64,000 bases of DNA from Terriglobales bacterium. Lineage in GTDB: Bacteria > Acidobacteriota > Terriglobia > Terriglobales > Acidobacteriaceae. Below are positions 8,309-16,536 of the stretch, piece after piece. Position numbers and translations under genes: made by a program. Location of the stretch: positions 4,279 through 68,278 of the forward strand of contig JBHGAZ010000021.1 of NCBI GenBank assembly GCA_041946765.1. The letters are read 5' to 3'. Numbering within the stretch: position 1 is the stretch's first letter; the number at the start of each line of letters is the position of its first letter. A model generated the notes under the pieces. That model searched no databases and had not been told where the DNA came from. It saw only the letters and a list, made by a program, of their open reading frames with translations.

Positions 8309-8719
8309 TTCAGTATCAACACGGAATTAGACGCATGAACGACGACAAACAAGTACGGCAACTCACACAGGCGTTGAATGCTGCCTTTGACCTAATTCCG
8401 ATCTAACCGAAGACATAGACGATCTCGGTCTTCGGCTCGCAGTGTTGCAAACCATTGTGCAAGAGAAGATTCCAAATCCTGCCGAAGCATTCGAGCCGTT
8501 GTACACTCTCGCCAAAAACGACGCCGCAAAACGTGATCGCGAATTTGTCGCGCACGTCCAACAAGCAGTTCATAATCTACGAAAGAAGTCTGTGCAGTAG
8601 CACTATCAGGGGCGCTCACTCAGCACCCTCGGCGCCAGCAACACACTTTTGCCCCAGTGCCGGACATCCTGCTCCATTGATTCAGAGTTGCAAGTGAACT
8701 AACATTGCTGCTCTTCTGA

Positions 8720-9370
8720 ATGACCTACTTACTCATCACCTTGACCGCGCTGGTCGTCCTCATCCTTGCGATCTACTTCCGCTGGATGCGGATCGTTTTG
8801 GCCGTCCTAGCTGCCGTCGTGGCCGTCTTTGCCATCTATTTCTTCTACGTCGAACCGAAGGCGCGGGAGAGTGAACGGGAAGCGTCGAAGCATCGCGTTC
8901 CCGTCAGCGAGGTGGATTTTGGAGACTTGAACCTGGCGAAGGAGGAATACGGTTCTGACTACCGACTGAAGGGGCGGATCAGGAATCGGTCTGGGCATGA
9001 ACTGTTGGGTGCGGAAATTCTGGTGAAGTTGGAGGATTGTCTCCATCATCCTTCCGCGAAATACAAACGCATACCGGCGCATGAGGAAGTCCAACTCCCG
9101 GACGGAAAGGTCGTGCGGTTCCCGAAGGGTTCCACCGAAGCGGAGATCATCGCTGCGATCTCCCGTGATTTCCCGTTGGTTGGTTCTGCGCTCGACTCTG
9201 ATGTGAAGTGTGAAACGGTCGGTCAGTCCTCGGTGGAAGTAGTTGTGGAGGTCCCGCCCAACCAAACCCGCGCCTTGGACGCATCCGTCCATTTCGCTTC
9301 CTTGCCTTCCCCACGCGGGTTCTACGTCTGGCGATACGTGCCGGTGAATGTACGGGCGAAGCAGCGTTGA
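8720..9370 (+). CDS. Membrane-anchored hypothetical protein
   Basis: 216 aa with two N-terminal hydrophobic helices followed by a charged soluble domain. Confidence 0.5.
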   Translation: MTYLLITLTALVVLILAIYFRWMRIVLAVLAAVVAVFAIYFFYVEPKARESEREASKHRVPVSEVDFGDLNLAKEEYGSDYRLKGRIRNRSGHELLGAEILVKLEDCLHHPSAKYKRIPAHEEVQLPDGKVVRFPKGSTEAEIIAAISRDFPLVGSALDSDVKCETVGQSSVEVVVEVPPNQTRALDASVHFASLPSPRGFYVWRYVPVNVRAKQR

Positions 9371-9551
9371 AGTTCGCACTATCGTTGATAACAGTTTCCC
9401 ATGACCGTTCCCGTTGACAACAACGAAGCATGAACACTTCTCGCTAGCAGGCCCGCTCGCCGCATAAGTCACTTTACTTTATCGAACTACCTTAGACGCG
9501 GCTATACTGGAAACAACAGACACATCCCCTCTGCTCCCTGCTATCACCCCG

Positions 9552-9711
9552 ATGCCGCTACAGCGCAGCCCCATGTCCTTCGACGGCCCGGACTGGCTGT
9601 TCGAGTTCGAAGTACGATGGCTTCTGCGCGCTGGCTGAAATTACCGCTTTCCACCTGCTTCGTTCCGTTTTCGGAACATCAATCGAATCCTCTTGCAACG
9701 TGCCATTGTGA
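9552..9711 (+). pseudogene. Remnant of an ATP-dependent DNA ligase (LigD-type) N-terminus, frameshifted and truncated
   Basis: MPLQRSPMSFDGPDWLFEFE, then one frame over KYDGFCALAEITAFHLL... This matches the recalled ligase motif-I context (dWlfE.KyDGyRa). No further ligase sequence follows. Confidence 0.5.
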
Positions 9712-9754
9712 GTAGCAGAATGCAGACCTACTTCCAACAATAGAGGGGTGCTGC

Positions 9755-10219
9755 ATGAGGAAGCCTGCGTCAATCGTGCTGCTAATCGCCCTTGCAGTCG
9801 AAGTTTGCTGGGCAGGATTGGGTAGCGACAAAACAATGTACAAAGGTGGAACCGTCAATACGATCAAAGAAGGTACTGAAGGCAAATCCTCAGCGAAGGA
9901 TGAGAAGAATTTTGTATTTGAATACAAAAAAGGAAAACTGGTTATTCCTTACGAGCGTATTGACAGCTTAGAGTACGGCCAAAAAGCAGGACGGCGCGTT
10001 GGTACCGCGTTCCTCGTCAGCCCTGTTTTCATCTTTTCGAAAAAACGGAAGCACTATCTGACCATTGGTTATACCGACGAAAAGGACAAGCAGCAAGCTG
10101 TGGTACTTGAGTTGGGCAAAGACGTGATCCGTGTGACGCTCGCAAGCCTTGAAGCACGCACCGGTCGCAAGATTGATTATCAGGACGAAGAAGCGCGTAA
10201 GAATGGCCACGGCAACTGA
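9755..10219 (+). CDS. Secreted/lipoprotein-like hypothetical protein
   Basis: 154 aa with the signal peptide MRKPASIVLLIALAVEVCWA. Confidence 0.55.
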   Translation: MRKPASIVLLIALAVEVCWAGLGSDKTMYKGGTVNTIKEGTEGKSSAKDEKNFVFEYKKGKLVIPYERIDSLEYGQKAGRRVGTAFLVSPVFIFSKKRKHYLTIGYTDEKDKQQAVVLELGKDVIRVTLASLEARTGRKIDYQDEEARKNGHGN

Positions 10220-10237
10220 GTAGCGACAGGAGGACTG

Positions 10238-10927
10238 ATGCCAATCATAACCTTGCTGACCCTTGTGTTGGCTCTGCAGGCCGGACAGCCGCAGTCGCCC
10301 GCTCCCATTCAGAGTCAACCCCCCTCATTGCCAACGGCGCAAGTCTCGAAAGAAAGCAGAAAAGATGATGTGGATGTTCGGCAAAAGTTGGTCACGGCCA
10401 AACGGATCTACGTCGATTCGTTCGGAGACGATGCAATTTCCAAGCAAACGCACGCAATGGTGATTACCGCTTTGATGGAGAGCAAGAGGTTCATAGTTAC
10501 CGAGAACAAAGACAAAGCTGACGCCGTTCTCCGTGGCACTGCGGTTGAGAAAACTTCTCAGGAGCTTCACGCGCTGAATGATAAAGCTGCCGCGGGAACA
10601 GCCGTAGGAGGACACAGCGGTTCGCTTAGCGGTTCATGGCACAATGGCACAGGTAGTATATCCGGCAGCTCCAGCGGCGGTTTCGCAGCACACTCCATGG
10701 CAGCCGATGACTCGACCGCCTCGACTGAAACGATTGACCATGCCCGTCTTGCAGTTCGCCTGGTATCCGCTGATGGCGACGTGATCTGGGCTTCTACGCA
10801 GGAGAGCAAAGGCGCAAAATACAAGGGTGCCAGTGCCGATGTCGCGGCGAGGATTGTCAAGCAACTCTTGCGCGACATCGAGAAAATAGAGAAGCAGCCC
10901 GCGGGAGCTGCACCGCAACTGAAGTAA
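10238..10927 (+). CDS. Secreted hypothetical protein with a Gly/Ser-rich insert
   Basis: 229 aa with an N-terminal signal-like helix. KRIYVDSFGDD...ITALMESKRFIVTEN is loosely reminiscent of the CsgG/LpoB-type lipoprotein fold. Confidence 0.5.
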   Translation: MPIITLLTLVLALQAGQPQSPAPIQSQPPSLPTAQVSKESRKDDVDVRQKLVTAKRIYVDSFGDDAISKQTHAMVITALMESKRFIVTENKDKADAVLRGTAVEKTSQELHALNDKAAAGTAVGGHSGSLSGSWHNGTGSISGSSSGGFAAHSMAADDSTASTETIDHARLAVRLVSADGDVIWASTQESKGAKYKGASADVAARIVKQLLRDIEKIEKQPAGAAPQLK

Positions 10928-11002
10928 GCGTTGCGCCGGGTTCATGCCTTAGTTCAGGCGTGCTGCATGCAGTTGCTGTCAACCAGATTTGGTGTTCTTC
11001 GA

Positions 11003-11503
11003 TTATTCCACGCTCCGGCGTGCTTCAGCTAGGAACTCCCGCAGCGCGTTGTCTAGTTCTGCCTTGTCCTTGATCGCGAAACTTCGCATTAGCTTTTCGT
11101 ACCGTTTCTCCAGGAGCGGCAGGTTTTGGAACGGATGTGGACGCTGCTTGGGGTCGTCTTCCGGAGCGGGTTCGAGCGGAAACCGGAACTGGCGCTCGCT
11201 ACCGCAGCCCTTACACATCGCAGTGATGCAGTCGTGCTCGCCTATCTGCGCGTCGCAGGCGAGTGTCTGCCGGATGATTTCGTACCCGCCACCGCAAACG
11301 CAGGTGGAGGCGCGGACTGTTTCGTATTGCTTGGCAATGGACCCGACCGGCGGCTGGGCGTCCGCGAGGCCGGTGTTTTCTTCCATTGTTGAGGTCCATT
11401 TTTGCCCAACAAGTAGGGTCTCCAGATATTTTGCGATTAACTTTTCCTGCTCCTCACGGGACAGAGCATCTTTGCTCGAACCCTTTGACTTTGAGGAACT
11501 CAT
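11003..11503 (-). CDS. Cys-rich hypothetical protein
   Basis: 166 aa from the ATG at 11503, with GGAGG 7 nt upstream. The central cluster is CVCGGG...C...C...CKGC. Confidence 0.5.
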   Translation of the reverse strand: MSSSKSKGSSKDALSREEQEKLIAKYLETLLVGQKWTSTMEENTGLADAQPPVGSIAKQYETVRASTCVCGGGYEIIRQTLACDAQIGEHDCITAMCKGCGSERQFRFPLEPAPEDDPKQRPHPFQNLPLLEKRYEKLMRSFAIKDKAELDNALREFLAEARRSVE

Positions 11504-11538
11504 TCCGGCACCTCCAGAAAATGTAGGTCGGCACAACA

Positions 11539-12024
11539 TCAAAGACCTCTCGCCCGGTATCTCCTCTCGATTTCGGCTTCAAATTCGCTAAGTCGCTGGT
11601 GCTGCTCGGCCCTGGTGTCTTCGGGGCCATAGTAGGCATACGCCATGTCAGACATAATTTCCATTTCTTTGCGTTCTTCCGGAGAGAACGCCCGCTCAAA
11701 GACTCGCTTGTCGTGGGCGTCCATTGCTTCGGTCGTCCAGCAGCCGATCATCGCCCAGCAGAATAGTGTCCAAAGCACAAAGCCGAGAACGTTCGCTGAG
11801 GCTGAAAGCCAGGAAGGCGACACCATGTCGGTGTCCAGCTTGGTTAAGAATTGGCGAACATGGCTTCCGACAAAAGGCCGGACCCATAGGAGCCAAGAAA
11901 GCACGCCAACCGCGATGCCGACGCAATCGGCAATCCTTGTGATCCGGGTGTACCATTTCGTCCGTCTTAGCAGAATGGGCATGGTTCCTGTCGCCTCCCG
12001 AGACTGCGCCGACACATGTTCCAT
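11539..12024 (-). CDS. Membrane hypothetical protein
   Basis: Starts at MEHVSAQ (alternative MPILLRR at 11982). It has hydrophobic helices IADCVGIAVGVLSWLLWV and VLGFVLWTLFCWAMIGCW and lies upstream of 11003..11503 on the same strand. Confidence 0.45.
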   Translation of the reverse strand: MEHVSAQSREATGTMPILLRRTKWYTRITRIADCVGIAVGVLSWLLWVRPFVGSHVRQFLTKLDTDMVSPSWLSASANVLGFVLWTLFCWAMIGCWTTEAMDAHDKRVFERAFSPEERKEMEIMSDMAYAYYGPEDTRAEQHQRLSEFEAEIERRYRARGL

Positions 12025-12087
12025 CGTGGTACGAAGAGTAGCATTAGTATCATTGCGAATTAAAGAATTAACGTCGATACACAAGGT

Positions 12088-12285
12088 ATGCAGCCAATCG
12101 GCAAGCGTACCCTGCAAGTAAACGTCAAAATGAGTGCGGACGATTTTGAGCTACTGAAACGTGCAGCAGCCGCTCTCTGGCCTGACGCAATTCTGAGCAA
12201 TTCCGGTATCGTTTTGGGCTTGGCAAAGATCGCCGCAAGAGACGTATTGCGAGAAAAGCGCGCCAAACCCAAGACTATGCGTTAG
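12088..12285 (+). CDS. Ribbon-helix-helix-like small DNA-binding protein
   Basis: 65 aa: KRTLQVNVKMSADDFELLKRAAAALWPDAILSNSGIVLGLAKIAARDVL. This reads as a beta-strand plus two helices, the RHH pattern. Confidence 0.45.
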   Translation: MQPIGKRTLQVNVKMSADDFELLKRAAAALWPDAILSNSGIVLGLAKIAARDVLREKRAKPKTMR

Positions 12286-12340
12286 TCCTCGGTCGATTCC
12301 TCAAACCTTCCGAATTGCTTCTGCGAGTGCCCTTGTGTTG

Positions 12341-12862
12341 CTACGCGGCCTGCCGCCGCGCTTTCTGTTCCGTCTTGCTCAGAACCGTCGCATCCACGTA
12401 CACGCCGATAGTCACAGCGAATTGGTAGCCGCCGTCGAGGATCAGCAGAGCGCGTTTGTGTCCTGCGTCCATGGCTTGGGTGAGCGTCGCGCGCAACGCC
12501 GCCACGCCATTGTCCGGGGTAGGGTCAGCATACGCCGCGCCGTGTACTTGCCCACCGGTTGAGCTGTCCATTACCACGCCCTCGCCGAACTCGTGGATTG
12601 TTTTGGGAACTGGCATCGAGACGCCGATCACGTGCTTGGCCTGCCGCACGCGGTCGAAGTTGAGCGCCGCGATATTCTCCGGGCTCAGCTCGATCCAGTT
12701 CCCCGCGTCCGCGATGTACTCATTCGCGGCACAGGGGAGGCACATCGGGCCGTTGTCGGTGTTGATGTAGTACAGCTCCCAGGTGTAGTTCTCGACCATC
12801 GTGCGCTCGCTTCGACTCCGGGCTTCGGAGTTCAGGCGGTTGATTTCAGGCAGGGACCACAT
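12341..12862 (-). CDS. Hypothetical protein
   Basis: 173 aa from the ATG at 12862 (MWSLPEINRLN...), with AAAGGAG 11 nt upstream. No recognisable motif. Confidence 0.5.
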   Translation of the reverse strand: MWSLPEINRLNSEARSRSERTMVENYTWELYYINTDNGPMCLPCAANEYIADAGNWIELSPENIAALNFDRVRQAKHVIGVSMPVPKTIHEFGEGVVMDSSTGGQVHGAAYADPTPDNGVAALRATLTQAMDAGHKRALLILDGGYQFAVTIGVYVDATVLSKTEQKARRQAA

Positions 12863-12907
12863 GGTGATGCGCGCTCCTTTCAAGGTTCAACGCGCACCAG
12901 GAGGGCT

Positions 12908-12935
12908 GAAAAGAAAACTCGCCGATCAGGCGAGT
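12908..12935 (-). terminator. Intrinsic-terminator-like hairpin on the minus strand (ACTCGCC-TGATC-GGCGAGT followed by TTTTCTTTTC)
   Basis: 7-bp GC-rich stem at 12917-12935 with a T-run (read on the minus strand) at 12908-12917. It sits in the gap between the RT remnant and the start of gene 12341..12862. Confidence 0.4.
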
Positions 12936-13081
12936 GTGGAGAGTTGGTTCGGAACTACGTTCCGCACATCGAGCCCTTTCTGGGCTCAAGCACCGCTCGC
13001 TCTCCGCGTCGGTTGCTGTGCTCGGGGGATAGGCCGAGCCGCTCCTGATGCTGAAATGAAAGATGCTGCTGGACGACAACT

Positions 13082-13978
13082 TTGTTGCTTGCGGGCCAGT
13101 GTCGTGAGAGTTTAGGGTCACAAGGCAGGCTGCGACGACACTATCTGTGTGGCGGTGTTAAAGGACGCACAGTCATTGACAACGTGTCCATGCATATCGG
13201 CACGCCCGTTTTGGTTACGCTGGACATCAGGAATTTCTTTCCAACAATCACGCCTACTGCGGTTTATCGCGTCTGGTCGGAAATTTTGGGGTGCTCCCCT
13301 TCTGTTTCTAGTGTGCTGACACGGCTAACCACATTCAAGCGGCACTTGCCACAGGGATCGGCAACCAGCACCTTGCTCGCAAATTTAGTGCTCTACTCGG
13401 TTGATGCTCCTATACGTGAGGCGTGCCGTGCTAACGGCGTTCAATATTCCACATGGGTTGATGACATCGCGTTGTCGGGGAAACGCGCGCCAGAAATTAT
13501 CCAGACGGCTGTAGATGCATTACGAAAAGCAGGGTTCAGCGTTCCTCACCGCAAGCTGAAGGTCATGGGCACAGGCGGCAGAATGATCCTCAATAAGGTT
13601 CTCCTCGGGCGATTTCCAGGGGTTGTTCGCGAGCGCGTGGCTCAACTGAGGTCAGGGATTCACAAGCTGCGGACTGGTGCAGTTCCGGGCTGTGAGCTGG
13701 GCAGGTACTGTCTAAGCCTGCAAGGGGCCATTCACCACTTATCGTCAATAGTGCCTCGACGCGCTCAACACCTCCAGGCGGAATACGACGAAGTGTGCGA
13801 ATCGGTTTTCGCGACGGCTCGCAGATTCGCTGCCGCGTCGAGGTACCTCTCAACCGTTTTAATTTCTTGGCTCCCAGCAATGTGTTTGCTAACCTGTGCG
13901 CACTTTCAGAGTTCAACGTCGGAGATGCCGGAATGCCGCCTGACGCTGGCGTGCGTGCATATGGGACCGCGCCGCTGA
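13082..13978 (+). pseudogene. Retron-type reverse transcriptase lacking the N-terminal ~90 aa (RT motifs 1-2)
   Basis: GGVKGRTVIDNVSMHIG (NAxxH-like), LDIRNFFPTIT, LPQGSATSTLLANLVL, YSTWVDDIALSG (YxDD box), KLKVMG. It is colinear with my recollection of retron Ec86 RT from its NAxxH region onward. None of the three forward frames in 12884-13081 encodes the IPKK..G..R fingers region. The tail after ...AEYDEV looks non-genuine. Confidence 0.6.
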
Positions 13979-16263
13979 GTGAATCCGATACGCGCTCGAA
14001 GCTGATAGACCCCGCGATCCATGCGCGCGGATGGACGGAGGATTTGATCCGCCGCGAAGAGACGGCAGGCGCGATCCAGATGATCGGCGGCAAGCCGCGC
14101 CGTCAGGCCAAGGGCCGCCTTGATTACACGCTGCGCATCAAGATCAATCCCGACACGCAGCCAGTTGCCGTGGCGCTGATCGAGGCAAAAGCAGCGCACC
14201 TCCCACCGAATCACGGTCTGGAGCAGGCGAAGGCGTATGCCGCCTGCAAGCGGCTGAACGTGCCGTTCGTGTTCTCCAGCAACGGCCATCAATTCCTTGA
14301 GTTTGACCGCCTTACCGGGCTGACCTCCGCCCCGCGCTTCATGGCGGAGTTTCCGACGCCCGCTGACCTCCGCGCGCGATACGAGCAGCACATTGGCTTC
14401 AGCCTCAATGATCCTGCCGCCAAGCCGATGCTCACGCGCTACTACGGAGGCGAGGCGACGCGGCGCTATTACCAGGACGCCGCCATCCGTGCGGTGCTGG
14501 AGAAGATCGCGCGGTGCGAGCAGACGGGCGAACCGAAACGCGCCCTGCTGTCGCTGGCCACGGGTTCGGGCAAGACGTTTATCGCGGTCAACCTGCTGCG
14601 CCGCATTGCTGACGCGGGCCGGCTTCGCCGCGCGCTGTTCGTCTGTGACCGCGATGAGCTGCGAACTCAAGCTGCCGCGGCCTTCCAGAATCTCTTCGGC
14701 GCAGATGCGGCAACAGTGTCCAGCGGCAAGCCGCAGAAGAACGCTCGAATCCTGATTGCGACCTACCAGACGCTCGACGTGGACAACGAGGAGGCGACCG
14801 CCAATTTTCTCACGGAGAATTACCCGGAGGACTACTTCTCCCACATCGTCATTGACGAGTGCCATCGCAGCGCGTGGGGCAAATGGTCGCAAGTGTTGAC
14901 GCGCAATCCGAAGGCGGTGCAGATCGGGCTTACCGCTACACCGCGCAAGCTACACGTCTCAGAGCAGACGCGAGAAGCGCAGGCGGACGAGCAGATCAAC
15001 GCCGACAACATCCGGCACTTTGGTGAGCCGGTTTACGAGTATGACGTGGCGCAAGGGATTGAGGACGGCTATCTCGCGCTGTGTGAAATCCTCAAGGGCC
15101 GCGTAAATCTGGATCAAACCGGAATCACGATTGAGGATGTGCTGGCACGCAATCCGAAGGACGCCAACACCGGCCAGCCCGTCACCCGCGCGCAGCTCAA
15201 GCAGCTATACGAAAAAACAACCTTCGAGGACCGCATCCTGCTCCCGGATCGCGTGCTGGCGATGTGCCAGGATTTATTCGCATACCTGCTGCAAAGCGGC
15301 AGGCCGGAGCAGAAAACGATTATCTTCTGCGCCCGTGATCGCCATGCCGATGATGTGGCAGCCACGATGAACAATCTTTATGCCGAATGGTGCGCCCGCA
15401 ATGGACGCCCGCGCCAGGAGCCTTACGCTTTCAAATGCACGGCAGCTTCCGGCGGAGGCGAACACCTCGCTGATCTGGGGGGCGCGTCACGCTCCCACTT
15501 CATCGCCACGACCGTTGATCTGCTGACAACCGGCGTAGACGTGCCATGCGTGCGGAACATCGTGTTCTTCAAGTACGTGCGCTCGCCAATCGCGTTTTAC
15601 CAGATGATTGGTCGCGGCACTCGCCTTGACCCGCCCACCGGCAAGCTGATGTTCCGCGTGTACGACTACACGGACGCGACACGGTTGTTCGGCGAAGAGT
15701 TCATCACGAAGGTCGCAGGGCCGCGTAAACCGAAAGATGATGATGTGCCGGAACCGCCTCCGCCCCCGCCGGAACCGCAAATTATTGTCGAAGGCTTCGA
15801 GGTCCAGGTTACGCCCGCGGGCCGCTATATCGTCACGGAAGTGGATGGGAAGGCGATGCCGGTCACGGTCGAGGAGTACAAGCAGCGGCTCGCGCGGCGG
15901 CTGGTCGCTGAGGCCGCAAGCCTGGACGACTTCCGTGCGCGCTGGATTCATCCGGCAATGCGCCGCGAGCTGATGGGTCGCTTGCCCGATGCGGGTCGCT
16001 CCCCGCTGGTGCTGCGCGAGCTGGAGCAGATGAACGATTACGACCTCTACGACGTGCTGGCCGATATTGGTTATGGCGCTGCGCCGCGCACCCGCATGGA
16101 ACGCGCTGAGGCGTTCACTACTACATCGGAAGAGCCGAACGTCTCGCCAAACGGATTTTCGATCACGCCAACCACACCGCTGACCGGTACTACAATTTCT
16201 GGAATCTTTTTTCAGCATTCGTGGTCAGCAAGAAGTACGTTCCAGAGATCGAAAGAGTCCTAA
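13933..16263 (+). CDS. Orphan HsdR-like protein (PD-(D/E)xK nuclease N-domain + SF2 helicase + EcoEI_R_C-like tail)
   Basis: 776 aa from the ATG at 13933 (GGAGA upstream). Motifs: SESDTRSKLIDPAIHARGW, D..IEAK nuclease motif, SLATGSGKTF (I), VIDECHRS (II), GLTATP (III), TTGVDVPCVRNIVFF (V), QMIGRGTRL (VI), then ...DLYDVLADIGYGAAPRTRMERAEAF. No hsdM or hsdS is present in the window. Confidence 0.8.
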   Translation: MPPDAGVRAYGTAPLSESDTRSKLIDPAIHARGWTEDLIRREETAGAIQMIGGKPRRQAKGRLDYTLRIKINPDTQPVAVALIEAKAAHLPPNHGLEQAKAYAACKRLNVPFVFSSNGHQFLEFDRLTGLTSAPRFMAEFPTPADLRARYEQHIGFSLNDPAAKPMLTRYYGGEATRRYYQDAAIRAVLEKIARCEQTGEPKRALLSLATGSGKTFIAVNLLRRIADAGRLRRALFVCDRDELRTQAAAAFQNLFGADAATVSSGKPQKNARILIATYQTLDVDNEEATANFLTENYPEDYFSHIVIDECHRSAWGKWSQVLTRNPKAVQIGLTATPRKLHVSEQTREAQADEQINADNIRHFGEPVYEYDVAQGIEDGYLALCEILKGRVNLDQTGITIEDVLARNPKDANTGQPVTRAQLKQLYEKTTFEDRILLPDRVLAMCQDLFAYLLQSGRPEQKTIIFCARDRHADDVAATMNNLYAEWCARNGRPRQEPYAFKCTAASGGGEHLADLGGASRSHFIATTVDLLTTGVDVPCVRNIVFFKYVRSPIAFYQMIGRGTRLDPPTGKLMFRVYDYTDATRLFGEEFITKVAGPRKPKDDDVPEPPPPPPEPQIIVEGFEVQVTPAGRYIVTEVDGKAMPVTVEEYKQRLARRLVAEAASLDDFRARWIHPAMRRELMGRLPDAGRSPLVLRELEQMNDYDLYDVLADIGYGAAPRTRMERAEAFTTTSEEPNVSPNGFSITPTTPLTGTTISGIFFQHSWSARSTFQRSKES

Positions 16264-16536
16264 TCGCATCAATGCCGACCGCAGTCAACAGCTCCACGCC
16301 GCGAATGCAAAAGGTTAAGCTACCCCGTAACGTCGCAGCGCAGCTAAGACGCATACGAAAGAATCAGGCTAACCCTATCACTCAAGTTGATGTAGAAAAA
16401 ATGCTCAAAACTATAGCGGCCTATGCGGGATAATCATACGAGTCAAAACGTCCCGAACCACAATTGTTCAGACTCAAGCGCCGCGCCGCGTGATTTTTAG
16501 CAGATAGAAGCGATGAGATGCATATAATTCCGTCGT

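Noticed and set aside
8392-8619. 75-aa minus-strand ORF, and a 23-codon plus-strand ORF at 8336..8406, in the gap between island genes
   Set aside because: No RBS or motif support and ambiguous strand. Neither can be distinguished from chance ORFs.
13795-13932. N-terminal 46-aa extension of the HsdR-like ORF in the track
   Set aside because: The extension overlaps the RT frame and has no HsdR_N homology. An ATG at 13933 with GGAGA upstream sits immediately before the conserved SESDTRSKLIDP start of HsdR_N domains.
13082-13978. Calling this an intact retron RT with its msr-msd
   Set aside because: The fingers region (RT motifs 1-2) is absent from all three forward frames upstream. No a1/a2 inverted repeats were found. 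The last ~55 codons overlap the hsdR-like start and look non-genuine.
16221-16433. 70-aa ORF between the hsdR-like and DUF3800 genes
   Set aside because: It has a GTG start overlapping the hsdR-like tail, lies in an AT-rich seam region and has no motif. It may be real but is unsupported.
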